Both the position numbers and the translations under genes were made by a program. From positions 3,834,180-3,898,179 of the forward strand of contig OZ244728.1 of the NCBI GenBank assembly GCA_965219105.1: DNA of 64,000 bases, written 5' to 3'. This stretch comes from Bryobacteraceae bacterium. GTDB lineage: Bacteria > Acidobacteriota > Terriglobia > Bryobacterales > Bryobacteraceae. The notes beneath the pieces are model-generated. The model saw only the letters and a program-made list of their open reading frames with translations, had not been told where the DNA came from and made no database searches. Shown here piece after piece: positions 39,173-48,638 of the stretch; position 1 is the stretch's first letter; each line of letters opens with the position of its first letter.

Positions 39173-39425
39173 ATTCTTGAGCATTCCTCGCGAGACGCCC
39201 GCTCGAGAATGAGGCTGGCGCGATTGACCATGTGACGAATCTGCTCCAAGTGGTGACAGACGCTGTCGTCCGGAGATCGTAATTCCAAATAATAGGCCAG
39301 CGATTCAATTGCGCCTAATGGCTGGCGCAAGTCGTGTGCAAGCTCGTCTATAGAGACCGGGCGAGCACCTATCTGCGAACGTTCGTCCTTGATATCGCGG
39401 CTTAGCAGGTGAGTATTTTGCACGA
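39169..39425 (-). CDS. Possible DHp-only (HisKA-like) mini-protein or histidine kinase remnant
   Basis: 'SIDELAHDLRQPLGAIESLAYYLE...LEQIRHMVNRASLILE' is a clear H-box/DHp helix pair with no ATPase domain after it. A GTG at 39425 is the only plausible start, because the long ORF to 39804 runs through tRNA-Ala. Confidence 0.3.
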
Positions 39426-39621
39426 AAGTACCAGTGGGAAGAACCGGGAAGTGCAGCTTGCCCAACACATTGCGGCGAGTTGCTCTTCGAAGCCCAACGG
39501 TTCTGATTGTGAAGCCGAACGGCCTTCGAGTCAAGCGGTATAAATCCGTATTTGAAGGCGCAGTCCGAAACAGCAGGCTAGTACTAGATTGTGCTATTCT
39601 CAGGACGTAAAACACCAGAAG

Positions 39622-39697
39622 GGGCCTGTGGCGCAGTTGGGAGCGCGCTTCCATGGCATGGAAGAGGTCGACGGTTCGAACCCGTCCAGGTCCACCA
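39622..39697 (+). tRNA. tRNA-Ala (anticodon GGC)
   Basis: GGGCCTGTGGCGCAGTTGGGAGCGCGCTTCCATGGCATGGAAGAGGTCGACGGTTCGAACCCGTCCAGGTCCACCA folds into a cloverleaf. It has the G3:U70 Ala identity pair, anticodon loop AT-GGC-AT and an encoded CCA. Confidence 0.9.
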
Positions 39698-39779
39698 AAT
39701 TCCCGGCAGATTACGGACGCTGCACTAACCCCTAAAACAGCTTTGGCGCGTGCGCACCTCAGTGCCGGCCCTACCCATT

Positions 39780-40139
39780 TCAGGTGTGAATTCGCCTGTT
39801 CCACTTCGGCGCGAACGTTCCGCAGTGGACCCGTAAGACTTGACTCGGCTTGACTTTATGCAAGGCTTCGGCAATGGTGGGCAGATGATTGCGGACGATC
39901 TTGCAATGATTATCCGACAGGGCCACCAGACCGATCTTGCGACCGGCGATCACATTCTCATCGGGAATCGACTTGTCGGCCGTGAGGACCGCGCCGAAAT
40001 CCGCGTCTTCGGCAGCATCCAGCAGCTTGCCGTTCCGCAGTTGCGCCCACCCACGTTTTTCAGCTGTCGTGATATTAAACGCTGTCAGCACCCGCAGCAG
40101 CGGCCGAGGGGCGTTATGATCCGCGAGGACGCGCTTCAA
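39780..40139 (-). CDS. DUF5615-family (PIN/Mut7-C-like) putative toxin
   Basis: 119 aa, 'MKRVLADHNAP...GKLLDAAEDADFGAVLTADKS' resembles DUF5615. Overlaps the upstream DUF433 gene by 4 nt. Confidence 0.5.
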   Translation of the reverse strand: MKRVLADHNAPRPLLRVLTAFNITTAEKRGWAQLRNGKLLDAAEDADFGAVLTADKSIPDENVIAGRKIGLVALSDNHCKIVRNHLPTIAEALHKVKPSQVLRVHCGTFAPKWNRRIHT

Positions 40140-40369
40140 CGCGAGGACATCGGTTCGGGTTGATGGGCGTGATAATAGGTTAGGATTGATCGCACCTTGT
40201 CGAGCGGGAGCCTGTAGTCATCAGCAATTTCCTCGGATGTTTCGCCGAGTTCATCGCTTTCAACAACGGTGCGCACAGCGACGCGGTACGGACCGACCGT
40301 AGGCTCGCCGTGAAGTTTCTCGGAATCCACTTCCACATCCGGACAGTCGCGCCAGAATTCCGCTTCCAT
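40136..40369 (-). CDS. DUF433-family putative antitoxin
   Basis: 77 aa, with 'HGEPTVGPYRVAVRTVVE...EIADDYRLPLDKVRSILTYY' typical of DUF433. Confidence 0.55.
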   Translation of the reverse strand: MEAEFWRDCPDVEVDSEKLHGEPTVGPYRVAVRTVVESDELGETSEEIADDYRLPLDKVRSILTYYHAHQPEPMSSR

Positions 40370-40458
40370 ACCCCTATTCTATCGACTTTCTGGAAGCTGG
40401 GTTTCACTCACATCTGCGCATCTCGCTTGTGATATCGTGACCAGTGCGACGCTGACAC

Positions 40459-41043
40459 ATGACCCAGAATTCTTTACCGCCACCCTACAGTGGAATGTCA
40501 TGGGGCGAACTGGTCGCTCGCCTCGCAGACGAACTCACCGAGGCTAAATTCAAAGCCGAGGGCGACGCAAGCCAACTGCAGCAGCTCTTTGGGCAATCGC
40601 CTGAGGCCTTGATCAAAGCGCAAGCCGACTACACGGCTGCGGCGGCAAGCAATAACGGTGTTTCCGCTTATCTACAGGTCTTATTGCGCAGCGGCAAGAC
40701 TCCTCAAGCTCAAACTCCAAATCTCGATCAGTCGCGTGCTCTTTTCGCAACCTTTGAAGACGACGTTGTACAGCTGCGTGACCGGGCAAGCGACGCGCGC
40801 GGTTTCGCGTCGTCAGATACCGGTTTGATTCCCTCCTTGCTGGACATCACAAAAGTCTTCGACGTCATTCTCAAGGCTATCGAGTGGTTCAAGGAACGGC
40901 ATGATAAGCAGCGCGAAGAAGTAGCTCAGCTGCTGCAGAGCACAATGTGGAGACAGTGGGCCAATGCTGGGGATTTCCCACCGCCTGCCGCTCCGGAAAA
41001 GTCGAGCGAGCCTCAGCCTCTAGTCAGGAAGCACGAAGCCTGA
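40459..41043 (+). CDS. Hypothetical protein
   Basis: 194-aa ORF with normal composition. No family recognised. Confidence 0.4.
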   Translation: MTQNSLPPPYSGMSWGELVARLADELTEAKFKAEGDASQLQQLFGQSPEALIKAQADYTAAAASNNGVSAYLQVLLRSGKTPQAQTPNLDQSRALFATFEDDVVQLRDRASDARGFASSDTGLIPSLLDITKVFDVILKAIEWFKERHDKQREEVAQLLQSTMWRQWANAGDFPPPAAPEKSSEPQPLVRKHEA

Positions 41044-41073
41044 CGCGTGTCGCGGGCAGTGCGCCGAAAACTC

Positions 41074-42039
41074 TTAAACCCAACGCAGCCGGATATTTTC
41101 AACGCTATGCTGCGTGCCTTTCTCGAGAATTAGATGAGCGCGGTCCCGCGTGGGTAGGATGTTCTCGCGCAAATTCACCTGGTTGATCTCGCGCCAGATC
41201 TCACGCGCGGTCTCAACGGCCTCCTCTTCGCTCAAACTGGCGTAACGATGAAAGTAGGAATTCTCGTCCTGAAATACTGTCTCGCGAAGCCGGAGAAACC
41301 TTTGCACGTACCAGTCCCGAACCGTGTGCTGGTCGGCGTCGAGATAGATCGAAAAGTCGAAAAAGTCCGATACGAAAACGCGGGAAGACTCGCGCGGTGA
41401 AACAGGGGATTGCAATACATTGAGCCCCTCGAGAATCAGAATGTCAGGTTGCTCAATCGGGTGACTGGCGCCGGGCACAATGTCGTAGTGCAAATGCGAG
41501 TAAACTGGCGCGGAGACGGCCGGAGCTCCTGCCTTTACGTCCGCCAGAAAACGCAGCAAGCGCTTCTGATCGTAGCTCTCCGGAAAGCCCTTTCGCCGCA
41601 TGAGGCCGCGCTCTTCCAGCACGCGGTTTGGATACAGAAAGCCGTCTGTGGTTACTAGATCGACCTTTGCGTGATCGGCCCACTGTGCAAGGCAGGCGCG
41701 TAGCACCCGGGAGAAAGTACTCTTGCCGACAGCGACGCTTCCTGCCAAACCGATGACGTAAGTCACCTTCTGTGGCGTCGATGAGCCAAGAAACAAACGC
41801 CTTGCTTGATTCAAGTGTTGAACCGCCGCTACCTGCAAATTCAGCAGACGCGAGAGCGGAACAAAGATATCTTCCACCTCGCGCAGTGACACCTGCTCGT
41901 TGATCCCGCGCAAATTACTAAGATCCTGTTCCGTCAACAGGAGCGGAGTGTTGGCGCGAAGGCGTTTCCACTCGTCCCGCGTGAAGGTTGCATAGCGGCT
42001 GATTGGCGCCGCAGATTCGAGCGTCGCGTTCACTTTCAC
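41074..42039 (-). CDS. coaA: Type I pantothenate kinase
   Basis: P-loop '[17 protein letters not shown]' and 'TTDGFLYPN'. Confidence 0.85.
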   Translation of the reverse strand: MKVNATLESAAPISRYATFTRDEWKRLRANTPLLLTEQDLSNLRGINEQVSLREVEDIFVPLSRLLNLQVAAVQHLNQARRLFLGSSTPQKVTYVIGLAGSVAVGKSTFSRVLRACLAQWADHAKVDLVTTDGFLYPNRVLEERGLMRRKGFPESYDQKRLLRFLADVKAGAPAVSAPVYSHLHYDIVPGASHPIEQPDILILEGLNVLQSPVSPRESSRVFVSDFFDFSIYLDADQHTVRDWYVQRFLRLRETVFQDENSYFHRYASLSEEEAVETAREIWREINQVNLRENILPTRDRAHLILEKGTQHSVENIRLRWV

Positions 42040-42092
42040 ACTTCGTCTCTACCTATTCTGGCAAGACCGGCGAGAGGCTTGGACTATGTGTG

Positions 42093-42788
42093 TCAGGGAT
42101 CGCGCCGGCGGAAGAAGATCATGTGCTGCCACGGTAGCGTCTCCACGGACTTCTCGAACGCAAAGCCCTCAGGAGTGACCTCCGCTTTTACCTCCGCCAA
42201 ACTCATCTTGTGCGCTGGGAGAATGGGCACCGAATCGTCCTCCTTCCTAAACTCTAAAAGCACCAGCTCTCCATCCGGTGATAAGCTTTCGCGGATACGA
42301 TCGAGCATACGCTGCGGCTCAGAAAACTCGTGATAGACATCGACCAGCAAAACACGGTCGAGTTTGCCTTGAGGCAGCTTTGGATCCGACTCCGTGCCTA
42401 GAATCTCGACGATGTTTTTGATGCGATTCTTGCTTGCGTTCGTTTTCAGGCGAGCCAGCATTCCCGGCTGTATATCTTCCGCGAAAACGGTTCCGTTCGG
42501 CGCAACAGCGCGCGCCAGTCTTAAGCTATAGAAACCGGTACCTGCGCCGACGTCCCCGACCATCATGCCCGGTTTAAGATGGAGTTGGGCAATTGCTTGA
42601 TCCGGTTTCTCTTCTCTCGCCCGCTCCTCCCGATCCAGCCAGTCTGCGCCGCCTACACCCATTACCGGAGCAATGTGACGCCCGGTCGCGGGATGCACAG
42701 CCTGCGCTGTAACAGGACGAACCGAAGCGCACGAACCAAGCCAGACGAGAATCGCTGCGCTCATCAATTTGGCAATCTTGCTTTGCAT
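42093..42788 (-). CDS. Class I SAM-dependent methyltransferase with N-terminal signal-like peptide
   Basis: Start chosen at 'MQSKIAKLMSAAILVWLGSCASV'. Motif I is 'VGDVGAGTGFYS'. Confidence 0.65.
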   Translation of the reverse strand: MQSKIAKLMSAAILVWLGSCASVRPVTAQAVHPATGRHIAPVMGVGGADWLDREERAREEKPDQAIAQLHLKPGMMVGDVGAGTGFYSLRLARAVAPNGTVFAEDIQPGMLARLKTNASKNRIKNIVEILGTESDPKLPQGKLDRVLLVDVYHEFSEPQRMLDRIRESLSPDGELVLLEFRKEDDSVPILPAHKMSLAEVKAEVTPEGFAFEKSVETLPWQHMIFFRRRDP

Positions 42789-42818
42789 CACAAAATATTT
42801 CACCGAACGTTGGAACTG

Positions 42819-43718
42819 ATGACAATGCTCAAGCGCTTTGATGCCGGCGTCTTGGGGAGAGCTTCTCTTTCCTTGCTCTACTTGTTTGCGGCCTTTCTGG
42901 CTCCGGCACATGCGCAATCGGCCGAAAACTCGCTCGCCGTGGTAAACGCCGGCGTGTCAGCTGCTGAAGATGCGCCCTTCGTCCCAAATGACTATCGGTT
43001 CTTGCCGGGAGACTACGTGTATGTCGCTTTCGAGATTACCGGGTTTGCGGTTCATTCGTCTAAGGGCGATGAGACAAGGACAATCTCACTTTCGTTCGAC
43101 GTAACGCCGCAAGACAACCAGGGGAAATCTCTCGCTCCGGCAAAAACCGGTGAAATCAAAACTGAGTTAGCTCCGGAAGACAAGAATTGGGTTCCAAAAC
43201 GGCGTGTCTCTTTTCTTCTCCCGTCCTTTCTTGCTGCCGGTCCCTTCCGCATACACATTGGCGTCAAGGATCTCATTGCCAACACCGAATCCAGTCGTGA
43301 TGTTTCGTTTCTCGTGGGCGGAACGAAAATCGAAACCTCCACGTCCCTGACGGTTGAGAACTTCCACTTCTTCCGTACAGAAAACGACAGAGTCCCTTTG
43401 GAAGTTGCGGCTTACAGTCCGGGCGATACCGTCTACGCGCATTTCGACATGGCCGGATATGGTAACGGCCCGCAAAACCGGCATCATCTCGCGTATAGCG
43501 TGCGCGTGCTTGCACCCGATGGCAAGCCGTACATCGATAATCCCGATGCTGCGGACCTCGACGAGGGCGGCTTCTATCCCGCTCAGTTCATTCCTGCTGA
43601 CATTGCGTTGAAGACCGGTAAGGACAGCCTTCACGGCTCGTACGTGTTGATCCTTACCGTGCGCGATTTGATTGGAAATCAGCGGTTCGAGCTTAAGCAG
43701 TCGTTTAGTATCGAGTAG
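42819..43718 (+). CDS. Secreted hypothetical protein with two tandem homologous domains
   Basis: Signal peptide '...LFAAFLAPAHAQS'. There is an internal repeat ('PGDYVYVAFEITGF...IHIGVKDLIANTES' versus 'PGDTVYAHFDMAGY...LILTVRDLIGNQRF'). Confidence 0.5.
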   Translation: MTMLKRFDAGVLGRASLSLLYLFAAFLAPAHAQSAENSLAVVNAGVSAAEDAPFVPNDYRFLPGDYVYVAFEITGFAVHSSKGDETRTISLSFDVTPQDNQGKSLAPAKTGEIKTELAPEDKNWVPKRRVSFLLPSFLAAGPFRIHIGVKDLIANTESSRDVSFLVGGTKIETSTSLTVENFHFFRTENDRVPLEVAAYSPGDTVYAHFDMAGYGNGPQNRHHLAYSVRVLAPDGKPYIDNPDAADLDEGGFYPAQFIPADIALKTGKDSLHGSYVLILTVRDLIGNQRFELKQSFSIE

Positions 43719-44894
43719 TCAACAGCGGCTCATGACAAAACTCTTGATCCGTTCGATCCCTTCTGAAAACTGCGCCGTTGGAGTGAGGAGACTGGCTACA
43801 GCGTATGCGCCACCCTGCAAATCGAAAAAGAATCCTGGCTGAAGAACAACATTTTCATCTTGCAGCAATTCCGCAATCCACTGCTCTTCGGGCTGTGTTT
43901 CGGGTAACCGCAGAATGATTGACCAGCCGCCCTCCGTGTGAAGAGCGGTGACCGGGGTTCCAGCAAATGCTTCGACCGCGTAGCGTAGATTGTTGCGAGT
44001 GAGTTGCCGAACCGAGGCTCTCACATCTGTTCCAATGTCCAGGAGCGAAGACGCCGCGAGTTGAATGGGAGTGTTTACCGACAGGTAAGTATCCATCAGC
44101 AATTCAAGCCGCCTCTCAGCCTGTTCGCGCTGTTCCGATGGCCCGTTAATTACGATCCAGCCGAGTTTCATCTGCGGCATTCCGGCCAGTTTTGAAAAGC
44201 CGTTTAAGGAGAAGCTCAATACGCGCTCGTCGCCCGTTAAGCTGCAGATCCGCGCCGGATCGTCACGAAACGGATAGGGCATAAACACCTCATCCGCGAT
44301 AACGGGAATGTCATGACTTTGCGCCAAAGCGGCCACCTTCTCCCACTCGTCCCTTTTTAGAAATGAACCGGTCGGATTGTTCGGATTCACAACCAGGATG
44401 GCTCGCGAGCGAGCAGACAAGCGGGCGCGCAAGTCGTGGAGATCGAGACTCCAGCTTCCGTCGTAGCGCAACTGATAAGGCACAATCCGAACCGCTTCGG
44501 AGGCGGCAAGATAATCGAAGAGCGGGTAAGACGGAGCCGGCGTTAGAATCTCGTCGCCAGGGTCGCACAGCAGCTTAAACAGAAGGCCGTAAGCCTCGCT
44601 AGTGCTTGCGGTGAGCAAGATGCGCGAGGGTGGCGCTGTAAAACCCTCGTCCGCGTAGAAGTTCGAAATCGCTTGGCGAGCGCGAAGGCTTCCCCGAGGT
44701 TCTGGATGGTAAGTGAAGTTTTGTAACAACCCCAGCGCATCCCGTATCCGATCGTGCGGGTAGTCTTCGAGCAATGTCGGATTGGAATTCGTCAGGTCAA
44801 GGAGAGCAGTGCCGGCCCGCTGTTTTTCCAGCAGCAGTACTGCGTGCGCATTTGCCGACAGAGAGCACGAAACTCGCTTCGAAAAGGTAGGCAA
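43719..44894 (-). CDS. Class I/II PLP-dependent aminotransferase
   Basis: 'LVVNPNNPTG' and the Lys motif 'SFSLNGFSKLAGMPQMKLGW'. Confidence 0.8.
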   Translation of the reverse strand: MPTFSKRVSCSLSANAHAVLLLEKQRAGTALLDLTNSNPTLLEDYPHDRIRDALGLLQNFTYHPEPRGSLRARQAISNFYADEGFTAPPSRILLTASTSEAYGLLFKLLCDPGDEILTPAPSYPLFDYLAASEAVRIVPYQLRYDGSWSLDLHDLRARLSARSRAILVVNPNNPTGSFLKRDEWEKVAALAQSHDIPVIADEVFMPYPFRDDPARICSLTGDERVLSFSLNGFSKLAGMPQMKLGWIVINGPSEQREQAERRLELLMDTYLSVNTPIQLAASSLLDIGTDVRASVRQLTRNNLRYAVEAFAGTPVTALHTEGGWSIILRLPETQPEEQWIAELLQDENVVLQPGFFFDLQGGAYAVASLLTPTAQFSEGIERIKSFVMSRC

Positions 44895-45098
44895 TTCGTT
44901 ACTCTGCCATTTTGCCTTGCGCTTGGCAACCGGTAGTCGAAACTTGATTGGAACAGGCGCATCACCTGCCCAGGATGATGCGCCCGCGAGCGCCGAGATT
45001 ACTCTCTACGCTCTCCTCCACGCCGCTAAGCCATGTTCTCCAGACGGTAAACGCCCATTCACCGCCCGGCCGAAGCGCGCCCACACGCGCGAACATCT

Positions 45099-45698
45099 CT
45101 AGCGAACGTGGAAACTTAAACTTTTTGCCTTTGCGGCCGGATCGAGAGCCGTTGCAAACATCGTGCGCTCCACACACGAACCCGCGTCCAATACGAGTGC
45201 AGGCTCCAACACCTCCGCTTCAAACTTCTCGACCTGATCGCTACTCAAGACCGGCTTGAGATTAGAGAGAAGCTGTTGAGCCGAGATCGCTCCCAGCGCA
45301 GAGCCAGTCACCACTCCGCGCGGAGGACTGTATTTTGACGAGCTCAGAATCGAGAGTATCCCGGTAATCGAATTGAGAGTCAACGTCAATATCGTGCCGG
45401 AACTGCGATTCTGGTTTCTCAAGATCGAGGCGAGCATGATCTGCTTCCCGATCGGTTGCAAACCTACCGTCGATTGAGCCACAGCTTGAAAGATTTCACT
45501 GCTGACCAGGGATTGTTTGCTCGGACTCACGTTACAAACGTTCAAGTCATAGGCTGTGATCCCCTTTGGGATCCTTCCAAAGTTCTGCTGGACCAATTCG
45601 GCCGGAATAGCAGTTCCGGTTATCGTAAAGGTGTTCTGCGCCGAAGCCGCGCCGCAAAACACCGCAAAGCTCATAAAGAGCCCGTTCAAACGCCTCAT
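45099..45698 (-). CDS. Secreted hypothetical protein
   Basis: Signal peptide 'MRRLNGLFMSFAVFCGAASAQ'. S/T/L-rich, no family recognised. Confidence 0.4.
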   Translation of the reverse strand: MRRLNGLFMSFAVFCGAASAQNTFTITGTAIPAELVQQNFGRIPKGITAYDLNVCNVSPSKQSLVSSEIFQAVAQSTVGLQPIGKQIMLASILRNQNRSSGTILTLTLNSITGILSILSSSKYSPPRGVVTGSALGAISAQQLLSNLKPVLSSDQVEKFEAEVLEPALVLDAGSCVERTMFATALDPAAKAKSLSFHVR

Positions 45699-46014
45699 AC
45701 TGTCTCCGTTATTGGCCAGCTAGTCGGCCTCGAATCTAACCGGTCCCTGAACAGGGACCGGGGCAACCGGATGCTGGTTCTTAGAATCCGAAAAGCAGGC
45801 CGACAACGGTCTTGACGAAATCGATGATTACGGGTGGGTGCATGTGCCAGGAAGTCCTTTCGCACACGAAGGTACCGGCGTCACCCCTCCACGCGGTCTA
45901 TCTTTTTTGGCCTAAATAGATGAAAAGAAAGTGGAAATTTATTTTTTGGTTTTTGTCACCCAGAGGGAAAGATGTCCGTTTTCCCGTTGAAAAAGGAACG
46001 GCTCGCGACAGGGA

Positions 46015-46762
46015 TCAAGCAGCCGAATGAGCGGCTGCTGCGATCTCGTTCAGGTTACAGCGTAGCTGGTAGGCACGTTGCAAGCTATGCAGGAGCGAAG
46101 GCAGTCGAGGATAGCCATGTAGCCAATTCCAGCGCGTTTCGGCATACAGGAGGGCCGAGGCGATCCAACCTAGCCGGTGATCGCTTCCCTGCCAACGTTT
46201 AACGCGGCGGCATATTGTCTCCACAACCGAGAAGCTGGATTCAATGCCATTGGGGTGGGTGATGCTGAGAGATCGCCGCAACCGGGCATGCACTTGCAAT
46301 TGATGCAAGGTGAGTGTCTCCTCCAGTCCCTCCATCAAACTGGCCGCCGCGCTTGGATTCAACTGGTTGAGCTCATCGTGCAGCCGATAGAGTGCCTGCC
46401 GCGCATCGCTGGCATCGGCATGGGCATACGCCAATCGCCGCTTGTAATCGCGCATGCTCAGCCCACGCATGATGTTGCTGCACAGGTTTCTTCCGCTGGC
46501 GATACCCGCTGAACCAGTTGATAAGCGCCGAGCGGCAATTCTTTGCCGTCGCACTGACGCACGAGCGGCCGGGCGATAGAACGCGCTGACCATCAATGAG
46601 GCAGGAGCCTTGCTCCACTCCCCAGCAGTAAGCCTGCCGGCTTTGCACGCGTTGTGAGCGCGCGCCGGCCATTCGTTCCACCTCCGATTCGATAAACATC
46701 CGGCCCACTTTGCGGACTAGCTCTCCCAAGCCTTGCTCTAGGCTCGTCAGCACTTCTGCCAT
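46015..46762 (-). mobile_element. IS256/Mutator-like transposase remnant: frameshifted and missing the DDE core
   Basis: Two overlapping frames. The N-terminal piece is 'FIESEVERMAGARSQR...IDGQRV'. The second piece has 'RGLSMRDY' and the C-terminal 'NGIESSFSVV...RW...ETRW' pattern of IS256-type transposases. Only about 250 codons in total. Confidence 0.45.
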
Positions 46763-46861
46763 CGGCAGCGTGATCTGTATCGCCTACTCCGGCACCGCCT
46801 GTGCGGCTTCCGCTTCTTCCTTCTTCTGATATGCTCTTTCAAAAACGACTCTCCGTTTCTG

Positions 46862-46896
46862 GCAAGAAAAATTTACCGGAGCGCATCACGCTCCGG
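46862..46896 (-). terminator. Rho-independent-type terminator after the Uma2-like gene
   Basis: Perfect 8-bp stem CCGGAGCG/CGCTCCGG (46876-46896) with a 5-nt loop, followed on the minus strand by TAAATTTTTCTT. Confidence 0.45.
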
Positions 46897-46912
46897 TTGA
46901 GTTGTTCCTTTT

Positions 46913-47242
46913 CTACGATCTTGGGGACATCCTCATTAGTACGTCATTGTGCTCGTCGTGAAAAATCGGCTGCCCGCAACAGATCGAGAAATCCGGATAG
47001 CAGTACACGCAATCGCCGCGCAGGTACACTCTCATGTCCGCGATGAATGCAGTACACGAAGAAGCCCTCAATTTGCGACGGGAGAAGAAATCCGAAAGAT
47101 TCTTCACCAATGCATTGTGGGTGAGGGAAGCTCCGGCCCTAGCGAATACTTCGCCGTTGACATACTCGCTCTTCGACTCGGCAAGCCGCTCCCTCTGCAA
47201 ATATTCGTCCGGAGTAAGCCCTTGTTTTGGTTGCGTCGCCAT
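46913..47242 (-). pseudogene. Uma2-family (DUF820) endonuclease, C-terminally truncated
   Basis: 'EYVNGEVFARAGASLTHNALVKNL...YPDFSICCG' matches the N-terminal half of Uma2 proteins. It ends at 109 aa, where the family normally continues with the EVLSxST motif. Confidence 0.5.
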
Positions 47243-47283
47243 CCCTGTCCACGATTATCGGACAAATTGATAGCTACGTGGCG

Positions 47284-48033
47284 TCAACCTTCGTACTCAA
47301 CAGACACCAAATGCAAACCGCTAGCCGGCGCCGTAGGACCGGGTCGGATCCCTGATTGCGGCTCCAGTCGCGCCATCACCTCCGCGGTTCCTAGATTCCG
47401 CTTGCCGACCTCAAGCAAGACGCCGACTACGTTCCGGACCATGTGCTTGAGAAAGCCCGAACCCGTTACCGAGTACACGAGCGCTTGGCCTCTGCGCGAA
47501 AAACTTGAAGCGTAAATGGTGCGCCGCTTCGAAGCGTTAGCTGTATCGGCATAGTCATGCGCCGCAAACGCGGTGAAGTCATGCTCGCCGATCAACAAGG
47601 GCGCGGCTTCGCACATCGCGCTTTCCTGCAGCGGAAAAGGATGATGGTACACGTAAAGGCGCTCGAACGGCGAACAGACTTCCTCGCGAAAGATCCTGTA
47701 TTCGTAAGTTTTCTTTTTGGCATCGAATCGCGGATGAAAAGCAGGATCCGCCTCCTCGACGCGCGAAACCCGAATCGAGCGAGGCAAAAGGCGATTTACC
47801 GCACGCCGGAAGTTGTCCGCAGGAATCGGATTGCTCAGGCTCACTGCCGCCACTTGCGCCAGAGCATGTACACCGGCATCGGTGCGGCCCGAACCAATCA
47901 CTTGAACCGGTCTGCCCTCAATACCGCCGATCACCGACTCCAACGCCCCTTGAATGGTGGGCAAGCCGGGCTGAACCTGCCAGCCATGGAACTCGGTGCC
48001 ATCGTAAGCGACTTGAAAGCGTAGCCTTCTCAT
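47284..48033 (-). CDS. truA: tRNA pseudouridine(38-40) synthase
   Basis: 'RLRFQVAYDGTEFHGWQVQ' and catalytic 'GSGRTDAGVHA'. ATG at 48033. Confidence 0.85.
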   Translation of the reverse strand: MRRLRFQVAYDGTEFHGWQVQPGLPTIQGALESVIGGIEGRPVQVIGSGRTDAGVHALAQVAAVSLSNPIPADNFRRAVNRLLPRSIRVSRVEEADPAFHPRFDAKKKTYEYRIFREEVCSPFERLYVYHHPFPLQESAMCEAAPLLIGEHDFTAFAAHDYADTANASKRRTIYASSFSRRGQALVYSVTGSGFLKHMVRNVVGVLLEVGKRNLGTAEVMARLEPQSGIRPGPTAPASGLHLVSVEYEG

Positions 48034-48053
48034 GACCAGGGCGATCTGGCGCC

Positions 48054-48638
48054 CTAAACTTTGCGCGAGCCTGGCTTTACAACCGGCGTGCCCTCGCGGC
48101 AAAGCGGACACTCGGCGGGATCGTACGTCACCGGATGCAGGGTCTCGAGCGCCACGCGCGGCACGCCCACATCCGCGCTCCCCCCGCTCCGGTCGATGAT
48201 CGAACCTGCAGCCAAAACGTGAGCGCCGCTCTCCTGAAGCAACCGTATTACGTCGCGCGTGCTCCCACCCGTTGTAATCACGTCCTCCACCACCACCACG
48301 GGTTCGCCCACTGCGATTTCAAACCCTCGCCGCAGCGTCATCGCGTTTGTGGCGGCGTCTCGCTCGGTGAAAAACGCTCGAACCCCCAGTGCCCGTCCTA
48401 CTTCGTGCCCAATTACAATGCCGCCGATCGCTGGAGAGACCACCACCGCGGCAGGCGCTTGCAGCAGTGCCCGCACTTTCCCAGCCAGCTGTTCCCCCAG
48501 CTGCGCCGCATAAGAAGGATACGCGAGCACCTTGGCGCACTGCAGATACTCCGGGCTGTGCAAACCGCTCGTCAGCCGAAAGTGACCTCGCAAATATGCG
48601 CCTGTTTGCTCAAACAACTCCATGACCGATTGCGGCAT
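48054..48638 (-). CDS. pyrE: Orotate phosphoribosyltransferase (complete copy)
   Basis: 194 aa with the PRPP motif 'VVVVEDVITTGGS'. Confidence 0.85.
   Translation of the reverse strand: MPQSVMELFEQTGAYLRGHFRLTSGLHSPEYLQCAKVLAYPSYAAQLGEQLAGKVRALLQAPAAVVVSPAIGGIVIGHEVGRALGVRAFFTERDAATNAMTLRRGFEIAVGEPVVVVEDVITTGGSTRDVIRLLQESGAHVLAAGSIIDRSGGSADVGVPRVALETLHPVTYDPAECPLCREGTPVVKPGSRKV

Noticed and set aside
39169-39804. 211-aa minus-strand ORF taken at face value.
   Set aside because: It runs straight through the tRNA-Ala gene (39622-39697). Only its last ~85 codons look like protein (DHp motif), and these are reported separately at low confidence.
45850-45887. Possible second Tn3-type inverted repeat ending in CCCC ('...GGCGTCACCCC').
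   Set aside because: Only the tip (GGGGT..GACGC in reverse complement) resembles the Tn3 IR. The remaining ~25 nt do not align with the Tn3 IR or with the candidate IR at 49357-49394.
39698-47283. Whole 7.6-kb stretch downstream of tRNA-Ala as a tRNA-integrated genomic island.
   Set aside because: There is no integrase. I did not spot a direct repeat of the tRNA 3' end. The stretch also contains housekeeping-type genes (coaA, aminotransferase). Only the TA-like pair and the transposase debris look accessory.
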